A DNA stretch of 64,000 nucleotides from positions 16,832 through 80,831 of the forward strand of contig CBDBHI010000056.1 in assembly GCA_965205595.1 (NCBI GenBank). The letters run 5' to 3'. Every line of letters begins with the position of its first letter. Within the stretch, counting starts at the first letter, position 1. The notes beneath the pieces were generated by a model that was not told the origin of the DNA, searched no databases, and worked only from the letters and a program-made list of their open reading frames with translations. Below, in pieces: positions 45,017 through 56,714 of the stretch. This stretch comes from Bryobacterales bacterium. GTDB lineage: Bacteria > Acidobacteriota > Terriglobia > Bryobacterales > UBA6623. The position numbers and the translations under genes are program-made.

Positions 45017-46381
45017 ATGGGTTCGAATGTGATCAATCGCCGCCGGTTCGTTCAGGCTGCCGCCGCCGCGGGCTTGCCGCTGATGGGCGCGCGAGCCGCC
45101 GATCGGCCTCGCCGGGTGGCGCTCATCGGCTCCGGTTGGTACGGCAAGAATGACCTTTTTCGCCTGGTTCAGGTGGACGACGTTGAGATCGTCGGGCTTT
45201 GCGACCCCGACAGCGAACGATTGGCCGCTGATGCGATCACGGCGTCGAAACGGCACAAGAGTGGCAAGAAACCCCGCACCTACGGCGACTATCGCGAATT
45301 GCTCAAGCAAGAGCAGCCCGATATCGTCGAGGTCGCGACGCCCGACCACTGGCACTGCTTGCCCGCCATCGCCGCGATGCAAGCCGGCGCGGATGTCTAT
45401 GTGCAGAAACCGATTTCCGTTGACGTGGTCGAGGGGCAATCGATGGTCGCGGCCGCTCGCAAATACAAACGCGTGGTGCAAGTGGGCATCCAACGGCGTT
45501 CGGCTCCGCATTTGATCGAGGCCCGCAAACGTATCCAAGACGGCATGCTTGGCGAAATCTCTCACGCTGAAGTTTGTTGCTACGTCTACAACGGGCCGCG
45601 CGGCAATCCGCCTGACATCGACCCTCCGGCTAACCTCGACTACGACATGTGGACCGGCCCCGCGCCGAAGCGTCCGTTCACGCAATGGACGCACCCGCGG
45701 CGCTGGCGCTACTTCATGGAGTACGGCAACGGCGTGATCGGCGACATGTGCATTCACATGCTCGACCTGGTGCGCTGGACGCTCGACCTCGGCTGGCCGA
45801 CCGACATCTATTCGACCGGCGGCATTTACATGGACAAGCACAGCAAGGCCAACACGCCAGATACCCAGTCGGCGCAGTTTGCTTTCAACAATCTCAACGT
45901 TCTGTGGACCCACCGCAACTGGGGTAACCCGGTCGACCCCGAATACCCCTGGTCATTCTTTATTTATGGCGACAAGGGAACGTTCAAGGGGTCGACGCGC
46001 AAGTGGGAGTTCATTCCATACGACAAGAACGAAAAGCCGATCTTACAGATGGCGTACACCGAGATGGACGACCCAAGGTACGCGATCGACAAGAAAGATA
46101 CCGTCGATTCACCGCTGCCGCCCCAGGAATTTCCGGTGATCCGCGCGCACATGCGAAATTTCCTTCAAGCAATCGACGAGCGCAAGAATCCGGTCGGCGA
46201 CATCCAGCAAGGGCACATGTCGACAGCATGTTGCTTACTGGCGAATGTTTCGCTTGAGGTGGGCCGCTCGCTGAAGTGGGACCCGGTGCGGCACCAAGTG
46301 GTTGGCGACGCCGAGGCCAATAGCAAATTGGCTCGGCCGTATCGATATCCCTGGGTTCATCCAACGCCGGAAACGGTTTAG
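45017..46381 (+). CDS. TAT-exported Gfo/Idh/MocA-family oxidoreductase
   Basis: INRRRFVQAAAAAGLPLMGA signal; Rossmann VALIGSGWYGKN; EVATPDHWH motif. I prefer the start at ATG 45017. Confidence 0.85.
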   Translation: MGSNVINRRRFVQAAAAAGLPLMGARAADRPRRVALIGSGWYGKNDLFRLVQVDDVEIVGLCDPDSERLAADAITASKRHKSGKKPRTYGDYRELLKQEQPDIVEVATPDHWHCLPAIAAMQAGADVYVQKPISVDVVEGQSMVAAARKYKRVVQVGIQRRSAPHLIEARKRIQDGMLGEISHAEVCCYVYNGPRGNPPDIDPPANLDYDMWTGPAPKRPFTQWTHPRRWRYFMEYGNGVIGDMCIHMLDLVRWTLDLGWPTDIYSTGGIYMDKHSKANTPDTQSAQFAFNNLNVLWTHRNWGNPVDPEYPWSFFIYGDKGTFKGSTRKWEFIPYDKNEKPILQMAYTEMDDPRYAIDKKDTVDSPLPPQEFPVIRAHMRNFLQAIDERKNPVGDIQQGHMSTACCLLANVSLEVGRSLKWDPVRHQVVGDAEANSKLARPYRYPWVHPTPETV

Positions 46382-46457
46382 ACATCACTAGCTGGGGTTC
46401 GCTAAAAAACGCGGCGCACCCAATTCGCTCATAGATGCATCCAAGTCGTATGAGAGG

Positions 46458-47104
46458 ATGTCGCTGATGGTTCTTCGCGTGCTGACGAATTTGGTTGCGC
46501 TTGCCGCGACCGTCGCCGCCGACCAGAGCGCCACCGCGCCGGTCGTACTCGAGCTATTTACTTCGGAGGGGTGTTCGAGTTGCCCTCCCGCTGATGCACT
46601 GCTGGCGAAGTTGCATCGGTCGGGGTCAATCAACGGCATCGATGTGATCGTGCTCAGCGAACATGTCGACTACTGGAACAGGCTGGGATGGGTGGACCCC
46701 TTTTCGTCTGGCCAATTCTCAAAACGCCAGCGATCGTACAGCAGCAACTGGCCGGATCGGATGTATACGCCGCAGATGGTGATCGATGGTGCGATCGAAG
46801 TTCTAGGCAGCGACCCATTGGCAGTGAATCGCGGCGTAATAGTTGCCTCGCTGGCGAAGAAAGCTTCGATTTCGTTGGACGCGAAATTTAAGGGGCACGG
46901 CCGTATCGATTTAACCGTTGGAATCGCCGAGATCCCCGAAGGAGACTGGACGAAGCTCGATGTTTATGCCGTGGTGATCGAAGATGACATCTCGATAGAT
47001 GTCACTCGCGGTGAGAACAGAGGGCGCGTGCTGAAGCATGTTGGGGTCGTTCGAAAGTTGGAGCAGCTCGGGCAGTTTTCATCTGACGAGCGCGCGCCGG
47101 TTAG
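46458..47104 (+). pseudogene. DUF1223 (thioredoxin-like CxxC) protein, 3' end interrupted by IS1182 insertion
   Basis: VVLELFTSEGCSSCPPAD...LSEHVDYWNRLGW.DPF is the DUF1223 signature. From 47105 the ORF reads into the IS terminal repeat, so the ORF-track end at 47288 is IS-derived. Confidence 0.7.
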
Positions 47105-48948
47105 GGGCCGTGAAAGAACCCTCCCTGGCCGCTTGTTGGATTTTTTCGTGAGGTCCGCAGTCGCAATATGCTTTTCGCGCGATTGCGGCCCTGTTGTTGG
47201 CACTTGTCGTCTCGAAGGCCTTCAGGGCGCTCCCAAGGCCCGTCTTGGGCTCTTTTTCGGCCGTTTTCCGGCCTCAGGCGGGTTCTAGGCCAGCGCCGTC
47301 GGCAACGGCGCGCACCCTCCCTCAGGCTGCTGCCACACCAGCCGGATCCAGGCCCTCACGTTGTACGCCAACATCGCCCACAGTAACTCCGATCGCGCCT
47401 TCCGCAACCCCCGCACCCGAAACTTCCTCACCCCAAACCGCTCCTTCAACCATGCGTTCGGAAACTCCGCCAACTCCGATCGCCGCCGATACGCCTCCTT
47501 CGCCCGCTGCGTCTCCATCCACTCCCGATGCTTCGCCATCAGCTCGTCTTCTTCCGCCCGACTCGCCGTCCGTCCCCGCTCGTAACTCTTCGGACAACAC
47601 TTCAGCCGATATTCACAAACTTTGCATTCCCCACTTCGCTGCCTATACCAGCGGTATCTCCTCTTCCTCTTCGTCGTTGTTCCCCGGTATTGCAACTCTT
47701 TGTTTGCCGGACATCGAAACGTGTCCGTCTTTTCGTCGTAAATGAAAAACTGTGTCTCGAACTCCGGCTGGATCCCCGCCGCCCGCGCCGCTGCCGTCGA
47801 GCGCTTGCCCCGCTCCGGAGCCGGCGTCACGTACTCGATTTCTTCCGCTTGCGTCCTCGCGATGTTCGCTCGCGAGTTGTACCCGTTATCAGCCAAGACT
47901 TGCTTCGCCTTCTGCTGCAGCCGCCGCTCCATGTCCTCAAGCGTCGGCTTGAGTTGTTGCGCGTCCGAGGCGTTGTTCGTCAACTCCACCCCGACGACAA
48001 TCTTCTCCTTCGCGTCCGTCGCGAACTGCGCGTTGTAGCCCACTCCCCAGCCGCTGTTCGACTCGTGTTGCAGCCGCGCCTCCGGTTCCGTTTCACTCGC
48101 CCGCGCTTCGCTTTTCTTCTTCTTGCCGCCGCGGCCTTTCGCTATCCACCGCACGTCATCCAACGCTTCATTCAACCTCTCGACGCGCTCGCGATCCGCT
48201 CGCTTGCGCGCCGCTTGCCGCCGCTTGTTGCCGGCTTCGTCTTCCGCTTGCGCGCCCAACTCCTCGACCACCGCGTTCGCTTGCTCCAGATGTTTCTCGA
48301 TCGTTCCCCGCCGCCTCCGCGAACTCGTCGAACCTTGCGAGCGCAGCCGCCTGCCGTCCACCGCCAGCTGTTCGAGATCGATCAAGTTCGCTTCGCTCAA
48401 CACCGCCAACACGTTCGTGAACATCCCCTCCAGCGCTTCGCTTTGCGAAACCCGAAAGTCCGACGGCGTGTGGTGGTTGATCTTTTCCATGCCGCACAGC
48501 GACTGCAGTTCGGGACGGTACTCGCACAGCCGTTCGATCTCGCGCGCCGACGAAATGCCTTCGGAGTCGGCCCAGATCCAGACCGCCACGAGCAAGCGCG
48601 GGTCCCAGGCCGAGCGTCCGCCGAGGTCGCGCTGCGTGCGCAACCTGGGCGGCGAACGGGCGCAGATCGAGTTGGCCGGTCAACTCCCAAATCGCGCGCA
48701 CGCGATGTTGCGAGTGAACGAGATGCTCGACCTCGATCTCGCAAAATACTTTCTGGCGCCGATCGGGCCGCCGCAATTTCAACTGTTCAATCGGGATCGG
48801 CGGCACCGCCGAGGACTCGTTGCGGGGCCGTTGTTCGAGCTCAAGCAACGGCATCTGTTCGCCCATACATAAAAGGCGTCCGCGGCCCTTCCCCGGTTAT
48901 CCAAACGTTCCCTCTTCTTGATGCTTTGGCCAGGTTCTTTCACAGCCC
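47105..48948 (-). mobile_element. IS1182-family insertion sequence with 5-bp target duplication
   Basis: Terminal repeats GGGCCGTGAAAGAACC (47105-47120) and the reverse complement of GGTTCTTTCACAGCCC (48933-48948) match at 15/16. The direct repeat GTTAG lies at 47100-47104 and 48949-48953. Confidence 0.85.
47285..48866 (-). pseudogene. IS1182-family transposase with a +1 frameshift near 48640-48650
   Basis: The N-terminal frame reads MGEQMPLLELEQR...HLVHSQHRVRAIWELTGQLDLRPFAAQ. It continues in another frame as RTQRDLGGRSAWDPRLLVAVWIWADSEGISSAREIE...NAWLKERFGVRKFRVRGLRKARSELLWAMLAYNV. Confidence 0.8.
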
Positions 48949-48949
48949 G

Positions 48950-50176
48950 TTAGGGTGAGGGCACCGGCGTCGTCCGCGGACCTTCGACCCGGTGGTGCAT
49001 TTCTTCGTACGATGCCCGGCCCTCGACCATGTCGACAAGATCGTCGGGGTTGACGTCGATTCCAATAAAGTTTCGCGCGAATGCTTTGCCGGTAATGTAG
49101 TCCCAGCACTCTTTCTTGGTACGGAAATTGTCGACTTGCAATTCGACGCGGTTGAGGTCTGGGTCGGCGTAGTAGAACGACGTGGTCATACCGTGGTTCG
49201 TCGGCCAATACGGCAGGATGTTTTGCTGCTTAAGCCGCGCGTAGACGTTGACCGCGAGATCGCGCATGGTGGCGTATTCGAACGCGTAGTGGTCAAACCC
49301 GTACGTTGGCCCAGGCGCGGTGACTTTCTTTTCGCGCACGATCGCAATCACGCTTTGGGTCTTGTCGTATGAAAGAAAGCAAACGCGATCGTTCTGGAAC
49401 TGCACGTCGGCTGGGAAGACCGTTTGGTACCAGCGGATCATTTCGTCGTAGCGTTCGGTCTTGAGGATCGTGTGGGTCGGAGGAGACGGGATGCGAACCG
49501 GCGCATCGGCGTCGACCTTTGATCCGGCTCTCACTAGCGTCTCGGGATCGAGTGTTCCAACGCCGCTTCCGTCGACGAGACAGCCGTCGGCGCAGTACTT
49601 CGCCAGGTCTTTGCCGGATGCAGCCGCGGTCACTGATAGTTCAATATTCAATCCCGTTGGATCGTGATAGTGCATGGCGGTGATTGGACCCAGTTCGGTA
49701 ACGCGATGGGGTTGGATGCCGTTGGCCTTCAAGCGCTGATAGGTGTAGACGAGATCGTCTAGCGAGCCGTAGCCAAACGCCATCCGCTCGAAGCCGCCAA
49801 GGTCGGCTGGAAGGGCGCCCTGATTCGGGCGTGAGAAAAACGAGATACGGTGATGCTCTTCGTCGTAGGTCGCAAATGCGCCGCGTCCGGTGTGTAGCGC
49901 GACGCGCGTGCCGAGAACTTTCGCGTACCAGTCGAGGGTCTTGTCGAGGTCACGGGCGCGTACCGCGATGTGGGCGAAGGCAATTGGAGCAACGGCTGTT
50001 TCTTTTGCTGTAAGCGGCGAACCGGCCGCGGCTGCGGTCCCGAGTAAGGCAGCGCCTTTGCCAATAAAGTCGCGACGAGATAGGTTGGTGGGATCTTGCA
50101 CGTTTCGGTCTCCTGGTTTATCTGTGGGCAGAGTAGCATGTGCGACATGGCGATTCACGCTAGAATCGGTCTTCAA
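48950..50176 (-). CDS. TAT-signal two-domain VOC-family protein (glyoxalase / extradiol dioxygenase fold)
   Basis: SRRDFIGKGAALLGTAAAAG twin-arginine signal. Two repeats of the VOC pattern (FAHIAVRARDLDKTLDWY..., FDHYAFEYATMRDL...). Its stop codon lies in the IS1182 target duplication. Confidence 0.7.
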   Translation of the reverse strand: MKTDSSVNRHVAHATLPTDKPGDRNVQDPTNLSRRDFIGKGAALLGTAAAAGSPLTAKETAVAPIAFAHIAVRARDLDKTLDWYAKVLGTRVALHTGRGAFATYDEEHHRISFFSRPNQGALPADLGGFERMAFGYGSLDDLVYTYQRLKANGIQPHRVTELGPITAMHYHDPTGLNIELSVTAAASGKDLAKYCADGCLVDGSGVGTLDPETLVRAGSKVDADAPVRIPSPPTHTILKTERYDEMIRWYQTVFPADVQFQNDRVCFLSYDKTQSVIAIVREKKVTAPGPTYGFDHYAFEYATMRDLAVNVYARLKQQNILPYWPTNHGMTTSFYYADPDLNRVELQVDNFRTKKECWDYITGKAFARNFIGIDVNPDDLVDMVEGRASYEEMHHRVEGPRTTPVPSP

Positions 50177-50224
50177 TGAATTGCTATCCGACGACCGACC
50201 CGCAGCCGAGCCAGGCTAGTTTCA

Positions 50225-51460
50225 ATGGCAAATAACGGCAAACTGCCTTGGCTCGTCGTCTACCTGCTTTTCATCGCGATGGTGATCGCCTATATCCATC
50301 GCGTCGATCTTTCGTCTGCACTTCCTCTAATGTCGGACGAGTTTGGCTGGAGCGCGACGCAACTCGGCCAAGCGAGCTCCGCTTTTTTTTGGATCTACTT
50401 CATGCTGCAAATCCCCGCCGGCTACGCGACTGATCGCTGGGGTGTGCACTTTGTTTTCTGGGCCGGGTTCGTCATATGGTGCGGCGCAACGCTGCTGACG
50501 GCACTCACGACCGGCTTCGCAATGTTGCTAGGACTACGGCTTCTATTGGGGATCGGACAGTCGATCGTGACTCCAGCCGGGCTGCGTTATATCCGGCTGA
50601 GCTTCCCCGAGGAGCAGCGTGGCACGGCGGTGGGCGTCTACATGTCGGGAACGAAGGTCGGGCCCGCGGTGGGTTTCGTTGTTTGCGCCTATCTGTTGAA
50701 TGCGTTTGGCTGGCGCGGAATGTTCGCCGCACTGGGCATTGGTTCGCTGCTTTGGCTCATTCCATTCTTTATTTGGGTCAAGCGCGAGGACCCAGCGGCG
50801 CGGCCATCAACCGCTCAACCGGCCGACGCCGGACGCGCGGTTCCGACAAGCGAGCTCATGCGCAGTCCGGTCATTTGGGGCACCGCGATTGGCACGTTTT
50901 GCTACATGTATTTCGTCTACTACTGCATGACGTGGATGCCGACTTACTTCAAGCAGCAGCACGGCATGTCGATCAAGGAGCAGGGCTGGTATAGCGCGGT
51001 CGCGTTCGGAGGAATGGCGATCGTTATCGTCGCGGCCGGGCGAGCCGCCGACCTGCTGATCCGGCGTGGTTACGACGCGGTAAACGTCCGCAAGGGATTT
51101 ACGATTGCCGGATTTCTTTGCGCGTTTACGCAGACCATTGCGGCTTACACGGATTCGGTATCGGTGATGCTGTTCTTCGCCGTCTTCTCACTGTGCGGGC
51201 TTGGTCTCATGACGGCGAACTACTGGGCCTTGACGCAAACGCTGATTCCCGGTGGGCGCATCGCAACCGTGGTGGGTTTTCAAAACACCGCCGCGAACTT
51301 TGCGGGCGCCGTTTCGCCATGGATTACCGGATGGCTTGTTGACCGGACTGGAAATTTCGACGCCCCGATCCAGGCGGCGGCGTTTTGGCTTTTGCTGGGA
51401 CTGGCGAGCTATATTTTCTTGGTCCGAAAGAAATACGCTCCGCCGCTCGAAGCCGCGTGA
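50225..51460 (+). CDS. MFS transporter (anion:cation symporter / hexuronate-type subfamily)
   Basis: 12 predicted TM segments; the loop motif GYATDRWG and LLGIGQS are typical of the ACS subfamily. Confidence 0.85.
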   Translation: MANNGKLPWLVVYLLFIAMVIAYIHRVDLSSALPLMSDEFGWSATQLGQASSAFFWIYFMLQIPAGYATDRWGVHFVFWAGFVIWCGATLLTALTTGFAMLLGLRLLLGIGQSIVTPAGLRYIRLSFPEEQRGTAVGVYMSGTKVGPAVGFVVCAYLLNAFGWRGMFAALGIGSLLWLIPFFIWVKREDPAARPSTAQPADAGRAVPTSELMRSPVIWGTAIGTFCYMYFVYYCMTWMPTYFKQQHGMSIKEQGWYSAVAFGGMAIVIVAAGRAADLLIRRGYDAVNVRKGFTIAGFLCAFTQTIAAYTDSVSVMLFFAVFSLCGLGLMTANYWALTQTLIPGGRIATVVGFQNTAANFAGAVSPWITGWLVDRTGNFDAPIQAAAFWLLLGLASYIFLVRKKYAPPLEAA

Positions 51461-51474
51461 TCGCGGTCGCGCCG

Positions 51475-53151
51475 CTAGCGAACACTGCCGTCGACAACGA
51501 CTTCGACTAAATTCGGACCGTTGTTCGCGAATGCTGCTTCTAGAGCCGGCGCGATCTCGTTGGGCTCTGTCACTTTTGTCGCCGTGACACCGAGCGAGCC
51601 TGCAAGCGCGGTGAAGTTTATAGCGGGGTCGTCAAGATCCATCGCAATGAAATGGTCGCTTTTGTGGAAAGCCAACAGTCGTTGCTTCAGAATGCGGTAC
51701 CCACCGTTGTTGGGAATCACGTAGGTCATGGGCAGCTTGAGATGCGCGGCGGTCCACAGCGCCTGGATCGTGTACATCGCGCTGCCGTCGCCAATCAAAG
51801 CGCATACGGGGCGCTCGGGTTGCGCGAGTTGCGCGCCGACGGCGGCAGCCATTCCCCAGCCAATGCCGCCGCTTGCGAGCCCGTGATAGCTGTAGCGGTC
51901 ACGGTAGGCAAGCAGGTCGGGCAGGCGCGCGCCCGACGTTAGACCTTCATTTACAACGATCGCGTCATCAGGCAAAGCCTCGGCGAGCCGCAGCATCAGA
52001 TAGTCGGGGTCGATCGGGCTGGCGCGACATTTTTCGGTTGTGAGTTTCTCGGCAATGATGTCCCGCTTAGCCGACCAGTTGCGCGCTTTGAGAGCGCCGA
52101 TAGCCACTTGCGCACCGTCGGCGAGGGCTTGGCCGCCTTTTTCACGCAGTATGGGCGTCAACGCTCGCAACGTCTCTCTGACGTCCGCGCGCACGGCAGT
52201 CTCAGAGGAATAGTTCTTACCCATTTCCCAATCAAGCTGGCCAATCTGCATCACAGGCATGCCATCGGGTAAAGGCTCGATCTGTGACCAGACGGACATG
52301 CGCAATGCGTCGGCGCCGAGAACGATCATCAAATCGTGCGCCGCCAGAATCTCGCGGACTTGGCGTTGATCGCGAGTGAGCCCACCGAGGTAGCAGGGGT
52401 GTTCCGAGAGGAAATGCGCTCCGTAGGGGACGCTCTGTTGGTAGGCCGCCGCCCCAAGCGCTTCAGCGAACTCGGCAGCCTCGGCTAGGGCGTCTGACTT
52501 GACGACTTCGTCTCCGCAGATGATCACTGGCGCGGTTGCGGCGAGCAGACGATCGGCCAGTTGGTCGAGAACGTCGTCGGAAGGTCGGACGCGGGTATCG
52601 ACGCGCGTGGAAGCGCCGAGGTCGATCAGCGCTTCGTTGTTCAGAATGTCGCCCGGCAGCGAAATGAACACTGGCCCGGTGGGAGGTGTGGTCGCGATCT
52701 TCGCGGCCCGTCGCACGATGCGGGGTAAATCTTCGAGACGTGGGACCTCGACCGCCCACTTGACCAGCGGCTCAGCGATGGGCACGAGTGGGTCGTAGAG
52801 CATCGGCTCGGTAAGGCCGTGGCCGAGTTCCTGCTGCCCGGCGGTCAAGATCATCGGAGTGCCGGTAAAGCGCGCGTTGTAGAGCGAGCCCATTGCATTG
52901 CCTAGCCCCGGAGCAACGTGCACATTGCAGGCGACGAGTTCGCCACTCGCGCGCGAGAAGCCGTCGGCCATCGCGACGACAACCGATTCTTGCAGCCCGA
53001 GGACGTACGTCAGGTCGGGGTGGTCTTTCAGCGCATGCATGATCGGCAACTCGGTTGTGCCCGGGTTGCCGAATAGATGTGTAATGCCCTCGTCCTCGAG
53101 TAACGAGAGAAACGCCGAGCGGCCGGAGATTGGGGTGGAACCGGTTGCCAT
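51475..53151 (-). CDS. thiamine-diphosphate enzyme (benzoylformate decarboxylase / acetolactate synthase-like)
   Basis: N-terminal GITHLFGNPGTTELPIMHAL. ThDP-binding GDGSAMYTIQALWTAAHLKLPMTYVIPNNGGY. I prefer the start at ATG 53149-53151 (MATGSTP). Confidence 0.85.
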   Translation of the reverse strand: MATGSTPISGRSAFLSLLEDEGITHLFGNPGTTELPIMHALKDHPDLTYVLGLQESVVVAMADGFSRASGELVACNVHVAPGLGNAMGSLYNARFTGTPMILTAGQQELGHGLTEPMLYDPLVPIAEPLVKWAVEVPRLEDLPRIVRRAAKIATTPPTGPVFISLPGDILNNEALIDLGASTRVDTRVRPSDDVLDQLADRLLAATAPVIICGDEVVKSDALAEAAEFAEALGAAAYQQSVPYGAHFLSEHPCYLGGLTRDQRQVREILAAHDLMIVLGADALRMSVWSQIEPLPDGMPVMQIGQLDWEMGKNYSSETAVRADVRETLRALTPILREKGGQALADGAQVAIGALKARNWSAKRDIIAEKLTTEKCRASPIDPDYLMLRLAEALPDDAIVVNEGLTSGARLPDLLAYRDRYSYHGLASGGIGWGMAAAVGAQLAQPERPVCALIGDGSAMYTIQALWTAAHLKLPMTYVIPNNGGYRILKQRLLAFHKSDHFIAMDLDDPAINFTALAGSLGVTATKVTEPNEIAPALEAAFANNGPNLVEVVVDGSVR

Positions 53152-53352
53152 GTCCACACAAGGGTAGTACGGAATAGGCGGACGACACGCTTCAGAATGT
53201 GCGCGGCCTCGAGCCGTTGGCAAGCATCCTTCGCGAGTGCCTGCAATGCTTGGTCGCGTGTAACAGTAGGCCATTCATGTTTTCCTAAGAGATCCATTCG
53301 CGACGCTCCGCGGGTGCGCTCCGTTGCCGCGGAAGGTCTCGCGTTTGAGGCA

Positions 53353-53689
53353 GTAGAGTAGGGGAGGGTCCCGCAAGTGGGCGTAACCTCCCCCCTCGTC
53401 GAACCGGACTTGCGGATTTCCCGCATCCGGCTCTCCAACAAGCTCTCGCCTTGGGCATGCGCGGGTCGAGACTAGTGCGAGCGGTTCAGCTCCAGCAGCC
53501 CCTGGCGTTGGAAAAAGGAATACCAAGGCTCGTCCTTCGGCGGTCGAAACCGGTGCTGTCCCCGCCGTCGCAGATGTCGCATGAAACGCCACCGCAGGTA
53601 CCAGTCCAGCTCCCAGTAGGCACCCCGCGGATAGCCCCTCGAAAAGTAGTTCGCCCAACCTCTCATCTGTCGGTTTAGCCGCCCGATCA
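53353..53689 (-). mobile_element. group II intron 3' fragment (copy A): end of the RT maturase domain, domain V, complete domain VI
   Basis: It encodes ...[45 protein letters not shown]...ELNRSH*. Domain V is GAGCCGGATGCGGGAAATCCGCAAGTCCGGTTC (53433->53401). Domain VI has a bulged A and ends ...CCCCTACTCTAC at 53353. Confidence 0.75.
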
Positions 53690-53693
53690 CCAA

Positions 53694-55137
53694 GGGGCTG
53701 TGAAAAAACCTCCCCTAACTCGAGAATCGGGCGTAGCAAGCTACGCCCCTACAAATAACTTGCGTGTTATCAGCGCTGTAGGGGTGCGACATGTCGCACC
53801 CTCGGGCGACCGTAGGCTCGGCTACGCCGCGAGTTCGGCGGCGCGCGCCGCCGAAAGTTCCTCCTGCGCGGTCTCCATGTTGAAGTAGGCCCGTTCGGCC
53901 AGCTGCCAGCGTTCGTGCTGCTCGACCAGCAACGCGCCGACCAGCCGTTCGCACGAGGCCCGGTTCGGAAACACTCCCACCACCCGGGTGCGCTGCTTGA
54001 TCGTCTTCATCAGCCGCTCGGCCATGTTCGTCGACGTCAATCGCTTGCGATGGCTCTCCGGGAATCCCAAGACCGTCAGGCAATCCTCCAGGCCCGCGCG
54101 CAGCATCGCGGCCACTTTCGGCCGCCGCCGCTCCCACTTCTCCGCCATCTCTTCGCCGATCCGCAGACAGCCTTGGCGGTCCGCCGCCGCGAATACCGCC
54201 GCCAAGTCACGCAGCACTTCGCGGTACTCGGTATGCGCCACTTTGCGCGCGATCTCGCGTTTGAAATGCACGCGGCAGCGCTGCCACCGCACCCCTTGGA
54301 AGTGTTTCTCCAGCGCCGCCCGGATCCCTGAGTGCGCGTCTGAAATGACCAGTTTGACGCCCGTCAGTCCGCGCTGCTTGAGCCCTTGCAATACCGACCC
54401 CCAGGTCTCGAGCGATTCGCTGTCGCCGTTACGCCAGTCGAGTATTTCCCGGCCGCCCTCAGCGTTGAAGCCGATCACCACCAACACCGCTTCGCTGCTG
54501 ATCGAGCCTCCAGCACGAACTTTCTCATAACGGGCGTCGATCATCAGGTAGGGATACTCGCTCGTCAAGCGCCGCCCGCGCATCGCGTCCAGCTTCTCGT
54601 CAAGTTCCGCCGCGACGCGCGAAACCGTCATCGCTGAGATGTCGAGACCGCACATCTTCTCCAGAACCGTCTCGACGCGCCGCGTCGAGACGCCTTGGAA
54701 ATACATCTCGCTGCAAGCCACCAGCAACGCTCGTTCGCTGCGTTGCCAGCGGGCGAACAGCGACGGGTGGTAGGGCTCGCAATCGCGCACTTGCGGTACG
54801 TCGAAATGCAGTTCGCCGTTGCGCGTCTTGAACGTCCGCGGCTTCTTGCCGTTGCGCCGTTCCGCGCCGGCTCTCGATTCGTTGGTAGGGCTGCGCCCCC
54901 AGATGCTGGTTGACTTCCGCCTGCATTGCTTGTTCGATCAGGGCTGCGAGCAGCTGCTTGACTCCTTCGTCTTGTTGGAACAGCTCTTGCGCCAGTTCCA
55001 GGATCTTGTCACTGTGGTCTTGGGTCATCGTTGTCGTCTCCTCTAGACGGGTTGTTTGGTTCTTCCCATCGTGAGCGCCGACCGATGACCCGGTCTACTC
55101 CGCGTCAAACATTTGCCAGAAGTATTGTTACAGAACC
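53694..55137 (-). mobile_element. IS256-family insertion sequence (no target duplication)
   Basis: Imperfect terminal repeats are GGGGCTGTGAAAAAACCTCC (53694-) and the reverse complement of ...GTTACAGAACC (-55137), matching at about 13/20. Both flanks are group II intron sequence, but from non-contiguous positions. Confidence 0.7.
53822..55028 (-). pseudogene. IS256-family transposase with a +1 frameshift near 54860-54880
   Basis: The N-terminal frame reads MTQDHSDKILELAQELFQQDEGVKQLLAALIEQAMQAEVNQHLGAQPYQR. The expected continuation ERRNGKKPRTFKTRNGELHFDVPQVRDCEPYHPSLFARWQRSERALL...MYFQGVSTRRV is in another frame. Confidence 0.85.

Positions 55138-56714
<1,577 letters not shown>

Noticed and set aside
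44915-45913. 332-aa ORF on the minus strand
   Set aside because: It is entirely antisense to the well-supported Gfo/Idh/MocA oxidoreductase gene. Its composition (R/A/V/G/H-rich) is typical of antisense frames in high-GC DNA, and I recognise no motifs.
47528-48958. 476-aa ORF on the plus strand
   Set aside because: It is antisense to the IS1182 transposase, with proline/arginine-rich nonsense sequence.
53275-53739. 154-aa minus-strand ORF directly upstream of the ThDP enzyme gene
   Set aside because: It runs through group II intron domains V/VI and the IS256 end. The real coding signal here is the RT C-terminus in a different frame (53472..53693).
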